Virus record (IMG/VR): IMGVR_UViG_3300009512_000012
Direction: 5' to 3' (one strand)
Length of the DNA stretch: 64,000 bases
DNA from: an uncultured virus (IMG/VR IMGVR_UViG_3300009512_000012)
Lineage: Duplodnaviria > Heunggongvirae > Uroviricota > Caudoviricetes
Shown: positions 18,512 to 27,787 of the stretch, in pieces
Numbering within the stretch: the first letter of the stretch is position 1
Layout: every line of letters starts with the position of its first letter
Position numbers and translations under genes: made by a program
Notes under the pieces: generated by a model
Seen by the model: the letters and a program-made list of their open reading frames with translations, nothing else
The model's database searches: none
What the model was told of the DNA's origin: nothing

Positions 18512-19802
18512 AATTTAACGCATCTGACCATGTATTAACTATTGGTTGTCCTTTAATATTCAAAGAAGTGTTTAAAAGCATTGGACAACCTGTTTTAGCA
18601 TAGAATTCTTCCAATATAAGGCGGGCTACAGAGGTATTTGTTTGTTCTACGACTTGTACTCTGGCAGTACCATCAATATGCGTTACTGAACTATAATCAT
18701 GCATTGCTTTTGATACAAACTGCATATATCTATTCTTTCGTCCTTTAAAGTAGTCATCAAAATGCTCCTCTAAAATCATAGGTGCAAACGGACGATATTT
18801 CTGTCTTTGTTTAATAGTATTAACTGTATCCTTTACATTGTATCTAGGGTCTGCAATTAATGAACGATTACCTAATGCTCTTGGGCCAAACTCTGCACGA
18901 CCATTAGCAATACCACAATACTTGTGTTTTAATAAATGTTCAACAACTTCTTTTGGGTTAACATACTGATTAATATTATAACCAAGATACGGATGTTCCC
19001 AATCCAATCTTATACCATTAACTAATGCAGCTGCTCCTAACGATGAACCTGCATCACCAGGTGAAGGCATAATCCATATGTTATAATAATCTAAAAGTTT
19101 ACTATTGGCAACACAATTTAAAGCACATCCACCTGCTAGTATTAAATTTTTCTTTGTTGTGTATCTTAACAATTCTTTTAATTTTGTTTCATACAAATTC
19201 TGAATTGATGCAGCCAAATCTTCAGGTCTTGCATTTGGTAAAATGTTACCAACACCTCTGTGATTATTTTGTTCTAACAAATATTCTAAATCGTATTTGG
19301 GTTCACCGAATGCAGCCATACCCATAGTAATATATTCTTCTTCATTTGGTTTCAATCCTAATCTTTGTGTAATCGCTGAATATAGTAATCCAAGTGAATA
19401 AGGATACCTAAATGATTTTATTTTTTTCATATTATCCCAAATGGTAATTGTTTCCCATTCACCTATGGCATCTATGACAATAATATTACAATCATGAAAA
19501 GGCGCCGTTAAATAACCTGCGGCTGCATGAGTTTGATGATGTCTAAAATAATAATCATATTTTCTTTCAGGCCATTCCATACCTTGACCTGCAAAAACTC
19601 TTCTAGTGTTTTTCCAAAATGGTGATTCGTAATATGCAATGTTATCGTAAGTGTGAGGTAATTGTTTTAATGATATCCATTTATCATTTTTAACTCGACT
19701 GTATCTTTCACTATGCGATGCATGTAAAATCTTTTTTCCTTCTAACACAGTTACACCTGCATCATGAAATCCCTCTGATACACCGACATTAATCATCTTC
19801 AT
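18480..19802 (-). CDS. O-carbamoyltransferase (NodU/CmcH/TobZ family)
   Basis: HDA, SERYSR.K, HH..HAA, DAIGE, EY..MGMAA, GG.ALNC.AN, GDAG, EFGPRALG.RS, RPFAP, H.DGTAR.Q, LNTSLN. Confidence 0.95.
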   Translation of the reverse strand: MKMINVGVSEGFHDAGVTVLEGKKILHASHSERYSRVKNDKWISLKQLPHTYDNIAYYESPFWKNTRRVFAGQGMEWPERKYDYYFRHHQTHAAAGYLTAPFHDCNIIVIDAIGEWETITIWDNMKKIKSFRYPYSLGLLYSAITQRLGLKPNEEEYITMGMAAFGEPKYDLEYLLEQNNHRGVGNILPNARPEDLAASIQNLYETKLKELLRYTTKKNLILAGGCALNCVANSKLLDYYNIWIMPSPGDAGSSLGAAALVNGIRLDWEHPYLGYNINQYVNPKEVVEHLLKHKYCGIANGRAEFGPRALGNRSLIADPRYNVKDTVNTIKQRQKYRPFAPMILEEHFDDYFKGRKNRYMQFVSKAMHDYSSVTHIDGTARVQVVEQTNTSVARLILEEFYAKTGCPMLLNTSLNIKGQPIVNTWSDALNFERKYNVKVF

Positions 19803-20121
19803 TTACCGTACAATATTTTTTACATTTGTAATAAGCATCATCATAGTTTTCCCATGATTGAGGTAGTGTTTCATCAAACCACTTTCCCTTGAGTATTTTA
19901 CTTAAAGGGTTTTTGTATATATTGTACTCATCTTTATTGTCCATATACTTTTTCATGATATGTTTATTTTTTGATTCTTTTCCTTTATACAATTCCTCAA
20001 TGTCTGTATTATCAAACTTGTATGCCATGTTACTTAAATAACAACATGGAAAAACTTGTCCGTCTGGGTTAACAATAACAAGTTCATCGTTTTTCCATTC
20101 ACAACTAATACACTTACTCAT
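19789..20121 (-). CDS. stand-alone SPASM/Twitch-like Fe-S domain protein
   Basis: C.W...VNPDG.VFPCC.L ... CKKYC. Confidence 0.8.
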   Translation of the reverse strand: MSKCISCEWKNDELVIVNPDGQVFPCCYLSNMAYKFDNTDIEELYKGKESKNKHIMKKYMDNKDEYNIYKNPLSKILKGKWFDETLPQSWENYDDAYYKCKKYCTVNEDD

Positions 20122-20771
20122 TTTCGTAAAACCTTTTCTTTTCCATTTTCATCAACAAATTCAAATGTATCACTTTCTCTAAATCTATTAGAATCAAAAT
20201 GACGCCAATATTTTGCACCATTGTCTTTTGCAAGATTTTCAATCTCTTTAAGATAAGGTCGATTGTGTTCAAAGACAACTGTTTGTGCCATTGGTGTTGA
20301 CCATGTTTCAGATAGTGATTTCATATTACTTAATGTTTTTTCTAAATTAGTTTTTCTACGATAGTGACTATGCATCTCTTGATTGACACCATCAATATCA
20401 AAATACATTTTTAATCTCTTGCCACATAGTATACCAAGTTTCCAATAATAATCCTCATCTCTGATAGAACCATTTGTTGTGATTTCTATTCTACAATTAC
20501 TTTCATCAATAATATATTCACACATAGGATACAAATCTTTAAGCATCATTGGGTCACCCCAAGTTCCACAGAATTGAATTTCATCTAACTCTTCTAATGT
20601 TTCTTTTGGAAATGCTTTTTTAAAATCTTCTATTGACCACTGTACAAGTGGCAACCATTCAGCAGTTCCACAACCATTTGGATTAATTCTGTCGCATTGA
20701 GGACAACCTGCATTGCAAAAATTAGTTATTGATAAACTAATCTTTCTTATTGGTGTTTCGTTCCACTTCAT
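20118..20771 (-). CDS. radical SAM protein
   Basis: CNAGCPQC.R, FCG..GDP, TNG, F.IDG. Start MKWN at 20771 follows GAGG. Confidence 0.9.
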   Translation of the reverse strand: MKWNETPIRKISLSITNFCNAGCPQCDRINPNGCGTAEWLPLVQWSIEDFKKAFPKETLEELDEIQFCGTWGDPMMLKDLYPMCEYIIDESNCRIEITTNGSIRDEDYYWKLGILCGKRLKMYFDIDGVNQEMHSHYRRKTNLEKTLSNMKSLSETWSTPMAQTVVFEHNRPYLKEIENLAKDNGAKYWRHFDSNRFRESDTFEFVDENGKEKVLRK

Positions 20772-20880
20772 GTTTATCCTCGTAAATATATACATCAGAC
20801 TTTTCTCTAGGTTTAAAGTAACCTAAAAAAGTATTCCAATATAATAAAGTATATAATTTTATTCTTTTAAGTTTTTTCAT
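20737..20880 (-). CDS. 47-aa hypothetical protein
   Basis: Manual translation MKKLKRIKLYTLLYWNTFLGYFKPREKSDVYIYEDKHEVERNTNKKD; ATGA-coupled to the gp46 stop. Confidence 0.55.
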   Translation of the reverse strand: MKKLKRIKLYTLLYWNTFLGYFKPREKSDVYIYEDKHEVERNTNKKD

Positions 20881-22610
20881 GTTATTGCACTGTAACTGTT
20901 ATTGTAATTAACTCTACTAAAGTTTTGTACTTTTTCAAACTTAATACTATTACTAAATTTATCTGCAAGTTGGTCACCTTTATGACTAATTACAAATATG
21001 TTTTCATTGTCTAGTGTGTTTAGTATTCTTAGAAACTCATCTGTACCTTGGCCATCTAATGAACTGTCAAATATCTCATCTAGAATTAATAGATTTGTAT
21101 TTGTTGAATTTTTCATTTTAGCAATTGCTCTCCAAGTAAACAATAATGCTAAATCAATTCTTAGTTTTTCACCTTCACTAAATGAAGCATAGTTAAAGTT
21201 ATCTCTAAATCTAGACTTAATCGTTTCATTAAAATTTTCATCTAAATTAAAGTTTACATAAAACTCCATAGACATAAGATACTTATTAATTAACTGATTC
21301 ATAATTGGCAAGTATTGTTTAATAATTTTTGTTTTAATACCTGAATCATCTAACATATCTCTGACTGCATGGGTATATGTTTTTTCTTCCTTCTTTTCAC
21401 TTCTTGTTTGTTCAACACCTTTACATTCGTTTTTCATATTAGAAAGTTTATCTAAGTCTGTTTGTGATACTGAACCTTTTTCAAATGATGATATTTCATC
21501 TGATAATCTATTATTATACTTTTCTAATTCAGTAATTGCTGAAGTTAACTCTGCCCTTTGAACTTCATTATCACGAATTTTTTTCATTATCGCATCAATG
21601 TCTTCTATTCGTTTATCAACTTCAAGAAGCTCATCTTTAAGTTTTGTTGCTCCGTCAAGTATATCTTGTATTTTATTTTGTTTGTCTTCTACCATTGTCT
21701 CTTTATGAGATGTTTCAATATCTTGTTCACAGGTAGGACAACTTTCATTGTCTTTAAAAAACTCCATATCTTTTGTTAACTGTTTATGTTTTTCTGTTAT
21801 TGTTGCTCTAATGTTACTTAACTTTTTTAATTTGTTTGTAACTTTATCTTTATCAGTAATACTTTCGTGTAAGTCATCTGAAACTGTTTTTAAATCATCG
21901 ACTTGAGTATTTCTTTCATTTAATACAGTTTCATTTTTGCTAAACTCATTTTCTTTTTCAGAAACAATTTGTTCTTTGTTTGCTTTCATGTCATCAATAT
22001 AATTTTGTTGCATAGCAATTTTTTCACAAGCAAGTTCAAACTGATAATCTAAATCTTTTATATCATCTGTTATTTCTTTAATCTTTTGTTTAAGTAAAAA
22101 CCCCATAAGAGAAAATATTTTAATATCAAGAATTTCTTCAACAACTTCTCTACGATGACTTGCCTTTAATTGCATAAAAGGAATAAATGTCGATGAACCT
22201 AAAATAACAACCTGAGTAAATGAACGGAAGTTTAATCGTAATACATTTTGTTCTAAAAACTTTTGATAGTCTCTAGAGTTTGCATCTTGATTAACAAGAA
22301 GATTGTCACAATAGATTTCAAATATATTTGGTTTAATACCTCTTATGATTTTCCACTCTTTAGTACCTATACTAAATTCTACTTCGACAACTGCTTCTCT
22401 ATCATTAATAGTATTAACTAATTGTGATTTACTAATAACACGAAATGGTTTACCAAATAAACCAAAACACAATGCATCAAGAATAGTTGATTTGCCTGCA
22501 CCATTTTCACCAATGATTAATGATGTTCTATTTTCGTCTAATTTTATTTCTGTAAATTGATTACCTGTAGAAAGAAAGTTTTTCCAACGAACACAATTAA
22601 AATTAATCAT
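20877..22610 (-). CDS. 46: recombination endonuclease subunit, SbcC/Rad50-like (gp46)
   Basis: WKNFLSTGN, GENGAGKST, CPTC zinc hook, FSEGEK, LDEIFDSSLD, ISH. Start MINF at 22610. Confidence 0.97.
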   Translation of the reverse strand: MINFNCVRWKNFLSTGNQFTEIKLDENRTSLIIGENGAGKSTILDALCFGLFGKPFRVISKSQLVNTINDREAVVEVEFSIGTKEWKIIRGIKPNIFEIYCDNLLVNQDANSRDYQKFLEQNVLRLNFRSFTQVVILGSSTFIPFMQLKASHRREVVEEILDIKIFSLMGFLLKQKIKEITDDIKDLDYQFELACEKIAMQQNYIDDMKANKEQIVSEKENEFSKNETVLNERNTQVDDLKTVSDDLHESITDKDKVTNKLKKLSNIRATITEKHKQLTKDMEFFKDNESCPTCEQDIETSHKETMVEDKQNKIQDILDGATKLKDELLEVDKRIEDIDAIMKKIRDNEVQRAELTSAITELEKYNNRLSDEISSFEKGSVSQTDLDKLSNMKNECKGVEQTRSEKKEEKTYTHAVRDMLDDSGIKTKIIKQYLPIMNQLINKYLMSMEFYVNFNLDENFNETIKSRFRDNFNYASFSEGEKLRIDLALLFTWRAIAKMKNSTNTNLLILDEIFDSSLDGQGTDEFLRILNTLDNENIFVISHKGDQLADKFSNSIKFEKVQNFSRVNYNNSYSAIT

Positions 22611-22882
22611 ATAAACAATCTCCAAAGAGCAATAGTATTCATTGTAGTAAACCATACAGTTAGTACCATAATCCAAGCAGATTTTCTGTAATATGCTCCA
22701 AAGAAACCACTTACACTTCCTACCCAATAAAATGGCATAAAGATATCTGGTCTTGGTTCTAATACTGTAAATGTTAATATTGCACTACCAATCATAACAC
22801 TAAATGCACTTAGCATTTCTAGATAAAATGCTGTCACGTTTGTTTTGTAACTATCAATCCAAAAGTTTCTAACTCTGTTCAT
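22607..22882 (-). CDS. small membrane protein (about 3 TM segments)
   Basis: 91 aa, highly hydrophobic; ATGA overlaps on both sides between gp47 and gp46. Confidence 0.7.
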   Translation of the reverse strand: MNRVRNFWIDSYKTNVTAFYLEMLSAFSVMIGSAILTFTVLEPRPDIFMPFYWVGSVSGFFGAYYRKSAWIMVLTVWFTTMNTIALWRLFI

Positions 22883-23940
22883 AATTCTAAATCCTGAGCT
22901 TCGTTGTATAAGCCACGCATTATTCTTTTTAGTCTATCCTTATCAAGAGTAATGTCTAATTCATCAACATATTTGTTTAATAATGTAGTTGTATCTTCAG
23001 CATGTTTTACAATATCATCTGGTACAGTATCAGCATGTAAATCTGAAAAGTCTTCGATAACTTTTACTTCATGACAGTTTGCTTTCATTAGTCTTTCCAT
23101 AAATCTATCAAACTGATATAAATCTTTTTTGTTTACTACAACTAACTTAACAAACTTGTTTTTGTATTGAGACACATCATGATTTTCATACATTGTATTA
23201 GTATCATCATAAAAAATCTTTTCATGCATTCTGATAGGGTTTACTATTCTTTCTAACTCTAAAGTTTCAGTATCAAATATATGAAATCCTTTTGTGTCAT
23301 TGTAATCAGACCAAGTTATTTCATAGGGTGCGCCTAAATAGTAAATTTGACCATCATCTGATTTATGATGAAAGTGGCCAGAAAACACAGTATCAAATTT
23401 TTTAAACATTTCTTTATCATGACCATGGTCACTTACAATTCCCTTATTCATTTGAAAACCTTTTATTTCTAAATGCCCCATAGCAATATTTGCCTTTGAT
23501 TCTAGAATCATTCCTTCAGCATAAATTGAGTTTTGAGAATTAATCCATGGCAAAAATAAAATATCTAATCCGTCAAAATTAACTTCCGTTGCATCTTCAT
23601 AAATGTGAATATGTTTTGACTTACCATCAATTAATTCTCTTAATGAATTAACATCATTTGTGTTCTTAAAAAATATATCATGATTACCAACAAGACAATG
23701 AAAGTTTATTTTTAAATGTTGTATTGGAAATAGAAATCTTTCTCTAAATTCTTTTGCAGTTTTAAAAGAAACATATTTACGTCTATCCATTAAGTCTCCT
23801 AAATGAATAACATTTTTAATATTATGTTTTTCTAAGTAAGGAAAAAATATACCCTCATAAAATGAAAGCATATAATCTAAAAAGAAAGTATTATCGTTCC
23901 TTGCACCAAAATGAGTATCGGTGATTAGAGCGACTTTCAT
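22879..23940 (-). CDS. 47: recombination endonuclease subunit, SbcD/Mre11-like (gp47)
   Basis: TDTHFGAR, HLGD..DRR, GNHD, SGHFH. Confidence 0.97.
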   Translation of the reverse strand: MKVALITDTHFGARNDNTFFLDYMLSFYEGIFFPYLEKHNIKNVIHLGDLMDRRKYVSFKTAKEFRERFLFPIQHLKINFHCLVGNHDIFFKNTNDVNSLRELIDGKSKHIHIYEDATEVNFDGLDILFLPWINSQNSIYAEGMILESKANIAMGHLEIKGFQMNKGIVSDHGHDKEMFKKFDTVFSGHFHHKSDDGQIYYLGAPYEITWSDYNDTKGFHIFDTETLELERIVNPIRMHEKIFYDDTNTMYENHDVSQYKNKFVKLVVVNKKDLYQFDRFMERLMKANCHEVKVIEDFSDLHADTVPDDIVKHAEDTTTLLNKYVDELDITLDKDRLKRIMRGLYNEAQDLEL

Positions 23941-24482
23941 TTTTTAGGTTCTTCCATAAAATTCTCTAAACCTGCTGGAGTTTTTTCTTCCTTTTCTTTT
24001 TCTTTTGTTTTGTACACAGGTTCACTAGGTAACATAATTGTAGCATCAAATCCATGAATACTATAATTTGTAGTGTCTATTGGCATAACAACATGTGTAC
24101 GATACTCTTCGTTTTCAATAATCTTATGTTTGATATGAGTTTGTTTTTTTTCTTTTTGTATCCTTCTAACAAAAGCATAATAGATTATTTGTGTAAAATA
24201 CGCAAAAGGATTTTTTGATTTCTCAGGATTAAAGTTGTAAATATATTGGAGACAGTTTTCGATACCATCTGAAATCATTTCGTCTCTGTAAGTGTAATTA
24301 ATAAAGTTTGGTCTATAAGATAAACCATTTGCAATTTTTAAGAAACACTCTCCTATGTAATGAGGTACTAGTGGCATTCGTTCGCCAACACCTTCTGCTT
24401 CTTTGCATTTCTCTTTGAACTTTTGCATTTCTTCAAAAAGTTTTTTGTTGTCAACGTAATGAACTGAATTTTTTTTCTTCAC
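23937..24482 (-). CDS. 55: late sigma factor (gp55)
   Basis: HYVDNK, YIGECFLKIA, PNF.NY, EMISDGIENC, NPFAYFTQIIYYAF.RRI.KEKKQ; GTG start. Confidence 0.97.
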   Translation of the reverse strand: MKKKNSVHYVDNKKLFEEMQKFKEKCKEAEGVGERMPLVPHYIGECFLKIANGLSYRPNFINYTYRDEMISDGIENCLQYIYNFNPEKSKNPFAYFTQIIYYAFVRRIQKEKKQTHIKHKIIENEEYRTHVVMPIDTTNYSIHGFDATIMLPSEPVYKTKEKEKEEKTPAGLENFMEEPKK

Positions 24483-24540
24483 AAGTCACATCCTTTTTCA
24501 CTGACGCCGTATTGCACGGCGCCATACTTAATTATAATTG

Positions 24541-24852
24541 TTAATTGCCGAATTCGTCTTTTGCGATGCTTTCATTAACATCATCTTCGTCATCGTAATT
24601 GTATTCTTCTTCGTTTTCCGTTTCTTCACCCCAACTAGCACCTGCTGGTGGAATTATTTCATCTTCGTCATATGCGTCTACTGGCACATTAATTAGTTGT
24701 ATAACTTCTTCAAGTTTATCTTCTAGAGTATCAAGTCTTACTTCAAGTTCATCTCTTAGTTCTTCAACTGCTTCTAGATGTTCTTCACTTTCCTCAAGAG
24801 CTTGTATTCTCTCTTCTAACTCTTCTAACTTATTTTTATCTTCGTCTGCCAT
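24541..24852 (-). CDS. acidic coiled-coil hypothetical protein
   Basis: AGGAG SD; heptad Leu/Glu N-half and Asp/Glu-rich tail. Confidence 0.7.
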   Translation of the reverse strand: MADEDKNKLEELEERIQALEESEEHLEAVEELRDELEVRLDTLEDKLEEVIQLINVPVDAYDEDEIIPPAGASWGEETENEEEYNYDDEDDVNESIAKDEFGN

Positions 24853-24917
24853 TTTGTACTCCTATTTTTATCATAGTTGACACACAATGTCAAGGTAATA
24901 AAAAATAAATTTAACCC

Positions 24918-24945
24918 TTGACATTTACACTTTTGCTCGTATAAT
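24918..24945 (+). promoter_or_regulatory. consensus sigma70 promoter in antisense orientation
   Basis: TTGACA-16bp-TATAAT in an intergenic gap, pointing into minus-strand genes. Confidence 0.5.
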
Positions 24946-24967
24946 AGGTTAATGTACCTGTTTGAGT

Positions 24968-25393
24968 TTAGTGTTGGGTAGGTTTAATACCATCTAAGAA
25001 TTTCTTTACTTCGCTCTCTTCCCATTCATCTTCATGGCTATCTCCGTAATCTTTATTTTCTTTACTGTCAAAGTCTTCTTGAAAAGTTGAGTATCCTAAC
25101 TTCATTGGATTTCTATTTGCAATTTCTATTTGTTTAACATAAAAAAGTTTCATACCTTCGGAAGCTGCTACTACTGTAATAATACTATCTTTTCTTATTT
25201 TGCAAACTGCTTGTTCTGTATATGGATGCATCCACTTATTTAATGATAATGATTCCACAACACCGTCTTTCGTCATTCTTGGGTGAGTTGACATTTTCAT
25301 TGGATTCTTTATTGTAAAATAGTCTTTATCAAATTTAACTATGTCTGTGATAATCTCTTCACCACTATTAAACTTAATTATTTGTTGTGTCAT
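24968..25393 (-). CDS. conserved T4-like phage protein downstream of uvsW (Sm-like fold candidate)
   Basis: IIKF.SGEEII..., NPM, W..Y pattern; conserved position. Confidence 0.65.
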   Translation of the reverse strand: MTQQIIKFNSGEEIITDIVKFDKDYFTIKNPMKMSTHPRMTKDGVVESLSLNKWMHPYTEQAVCKIRKDSIITVVAASEGMKLFYVKQIEIANRNPMKLGYSTFQEDFDSKENKDYGDSHEDEWEESEVKKFLDGIKPTQH

Positions 25394-26826
25394 ATTTTTA
25401 CCTCATCTATCCTATATGAGAAACTTTCCTCATTGTATATATTTATTCTTTCTTCAAAGTGTCTTAGTGTAAAATTCTTCTTAGTTTTGTATGTAAAATC
25501 ATCGCATATATCCCATATTAGAACGGAACTTTTAGTGTTGGATTTACGCAACCCACGTCCAATCGATTGTAACACTCGTATTCTACTTTTACTTGGACTT
25601 GCGAACACGATATTGTTAAGGTTAGGAATATTAATACCAGTGCTAAAAGTGCCATAAGACGCAACAATAATAGAATTATCTGATAAATTGACATTTTCTC
25701 TTATCTTTTCTCTTTCTTCAGCGCTTGTTCCACCATACACGTAATAGGTATTATCACCTTTTAACATATCGTATAGTATATTACCATGTTTCTCTACTAG
25801 TTGAAATAAACATAATGTATTACCTTCTAGTGTTTTACATAAATTGACAATAAAATTATTTCTTCTAGTATGACCTGCAAGATAACTTATCTCTTCAGCA
25901 TATGTATAATCTTTAATTTGTTTACATTCTTCTTCTTTATGTTTTAAAACAACACAGTTTGTTGTTAATTGTGCAAGTGTTTTATCATCCATTAATTCTT
26001 TTGTAGTAGTTACTTTTTCTACTTTACCAAATAAACCTTCTAGAACTAATCGATGGGTTTGTGTACCATCAAGTGTACCTGTAAATCCGAAACGATAAGG
26101 ACATTGCTGTAACTTTTCCATAATACCAGTTAAAGATTTTGCTTTAAACGTGTGTGCTTCATCGCCAAAGATACATTCATATTGTTTAAAATAATTCTTT
26201 TGCAATTTATATAAAGATTGCCAAGTTGATATGACAACAGGCTTATCTGATTCTTTATCATGACCAGAATAAACTTTATGTATTTTATCTTCTTTCCAAC
26301 CATAAGAAATAAAATCGCTTGTCATTTGTTCTACTAAAGAGGTTGTCGGTACTAATATTAATATTTTTTTATTCATCATACTATAATAACGAACTAAACA
26401 ATAAATGATAAATGATTTACCAGATGCAGTTGGACTTACAAACAATCTTCTAGAATTTTCTATCGCAGTACAAATTGCATTGAATTGGTAATCTCTTGTT
26501 TCAAATGGTATCTTTAATGCATTAATAAAACCTTGAACATCTTCTACATTAACAGGCTTTACATTTGAGTTAACACCCTCATGAAGAACATATTCTAAAT
26601 TATTGTTTTTTAAAAAGTCTTCTAGGTAAGATAACAACCCTACATAAATCATACTTGTCTTTTGTGAAAATAAACGTATCTTACCATCCCACATTCTATT
26701 ACGAAATGCTGGCATGAATTTAGCACCAGGCACTTCGAATTCAAAAAATGTACTTAGTTCTCTTGCAACATGTTGTTCGCATTCAACCATTAAATGTACA
26801 TCGTTTATTTTGTGAATAAAAATCAT
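25390..26826 (-). CDS. uvsW: SF2 helicase UvsW
   Basis: WDGKIRL, RDYQ, SPTASGKS, DEAH, G.TGT, LQSIGR.LR. Confidence 0.97.
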   Translation of the reverse strand: MIFIHKINDVHLMVECEQHVARELSTFFEFEVPGAKFMPAFRNRMWDGKIRLFSQKTSMIYVGLLSYLEDFLKNNNLEYVLHEGVNSNVKPVNVEDVQGFINALKIPFETRDYQFNAICTAIENSRRLFVSPTASGKSFIIYCLVRYYSMMNKKILILVPTTSLVEQMTSDFISYGWKEDKIHKVYSGHDKESDKPVVISTWQSLYKLQKNYFKQYECIFGDEAHTFKAKSLTGIMEKLQQCPYRFGFTGTLDGTQTHRLVLEGLFGKVEKVTTTKELMDDKTLAQLTTNCVVLKHKEEECKQIKDYTYAEEISYLAGHTRRNNFIVNLCKTLEGNTLCLFQLVEKHGNILYDMLKGDNTYYVYGGTSAEEREKIRENVNLSDNSIIVASYGTFSTGINIPNLNNIVFASPSKSRIRVLQSIGRGLRKSNTKSSVLIWDICDDFTYKTKKNFTLRHFEERINIYNEESFSYRIDEVKI

Positions 26827-27338
26827 GACTTTTTTAATGCAACTAAATTGTTTTGTTTATCATACAATGTGGCCATATCTAAATCTACCATAGAATCAAC
26901 AAACTTTTCAACACCTGGTGTATTGTAATCGTGATATAAAATTAAACCATTATCAACAACATTGTTCCAATACGATAATGAATCTCTACGAACTGAAGTA
27001 AATGTGTGGTCACCATCAATTAATAACATTTCAAAATTAACTTTTTCTAAGTTATATTCATGTGAGTTTGCTTGAATAAAAGTAAGTCTTTCAAGATAGT
27101 CTTTTGGTATATAATCATAGTAATCTTTTAATTTATCTTTTAAGTCTATGGAATAAACTTTTCTATCTGTATCTTTTGTTGCATCTAAGAAAGCAAAAGT
27201 AGAACCACCCATACCTATTTCTAGAATATCACCCTCGGTGCTTTCAACCATTTTATAGAGAAACTCTATCTCTTCGTTTCTCATTTGTTGAATATCATTA
27301 AACCATTCCGGCTTCAAATTTTTTCCATTCAATAGCAT
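26823..27338 (-). CDS. class I SAM-dependent methyltransferase (Methyltransf_24-like)
   Basis: ILEIG.G.ST, YSID, IDGDH.F..V..D, G.I..HDY; true start may be internal (MRNEE). Confidence 0.85.
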   Translation of the reverse strand: MLLNGKNLKPEWFNDIQQMRNEEIEFLYKMVESTEGDILEIGMGGSTFAFLDATKDTDRKVYSIDLKDKLKDYYDYIPKDYLERLTFIQANSHEYNLEKVNFEMLLIDGDHTFTSVRRDSLSYWNNVVDNGLILYHDYNTPGVEKFVDSMVDLDMATLYDKQNNLVALKKS

Positions 27339-27726
27339 TTTTAATATCCCAACCTCTAGAAGAAATAGACTTTAAAACATAATCAATATATTTTGTTGTA
27401 GTTTCCAAGTAAACTATTTTATTTTCTGCATCAATAATTTCTTTGTCTGATTCAATATAAACATGTAAATCATTTTTTAATACTTTTAAATCAAAAGGTT
27501 TTGTTGCATATACTTTGGCGTCTGCTTTTCCACCATAGTATTCCCATTTGTCTCTATATAAAACTTTGTAATCTCCTTTTGATTTTGCAAGTAAAAATTC
27601 AAAGTTAGTTTTGTAATCAATAAACTTAGCATACAAATCTTGATTTCTTAAAGCCTCTGTATCTAAATGGTCTTTATTAACAGGTAATTCTTTGTAGACT
27701 ATTTGTTTTAATTCATCTAATGTCAT
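27298..27726 (-). CDS. uvsY: recombination mediator UvsY
   Basis: KWEYY.GKA...Y..KPF..KVLK.D...YI..D, I..R...IKNAIEW.KF. Confidence 0.93.
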   Translation of the reverse strand: MTLDELKQIVYKELPVNKDHLDTEALRNQDLYAKFIDYKTNFEFLLAKSKGDYKVLYRDKWEYYGGKADAKVYATKPFDLKVLKNDLHVYIESDKEIIDAENKIVYLETTTKYIDYVLKSISSRGWDIKNAIEWKKFEAGMV

Positions 27727-27751
27727 TTTGTATTAGTATCCTTTGCTTTAA

Positions 27752-27780
27752 AATATACACTATATATTGTGTCTTGTCAA
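27752..27780 (-). promoter_or_regulatory. sigma70-like promoter for uvsY-uvsW
   Basis: TTGACA-17bp-TATATT. Confidence 0.65.
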
Positions 27781-27787
27781 GGGTTAT

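Noticed and set aside
3765..19802. Saxitoxin or aminoglycoside antibiotic biosynthesis
   Set aside because: Only tailoring-enzyme families are shared; no sxtA-like PKS or cyclitol synthase is present.
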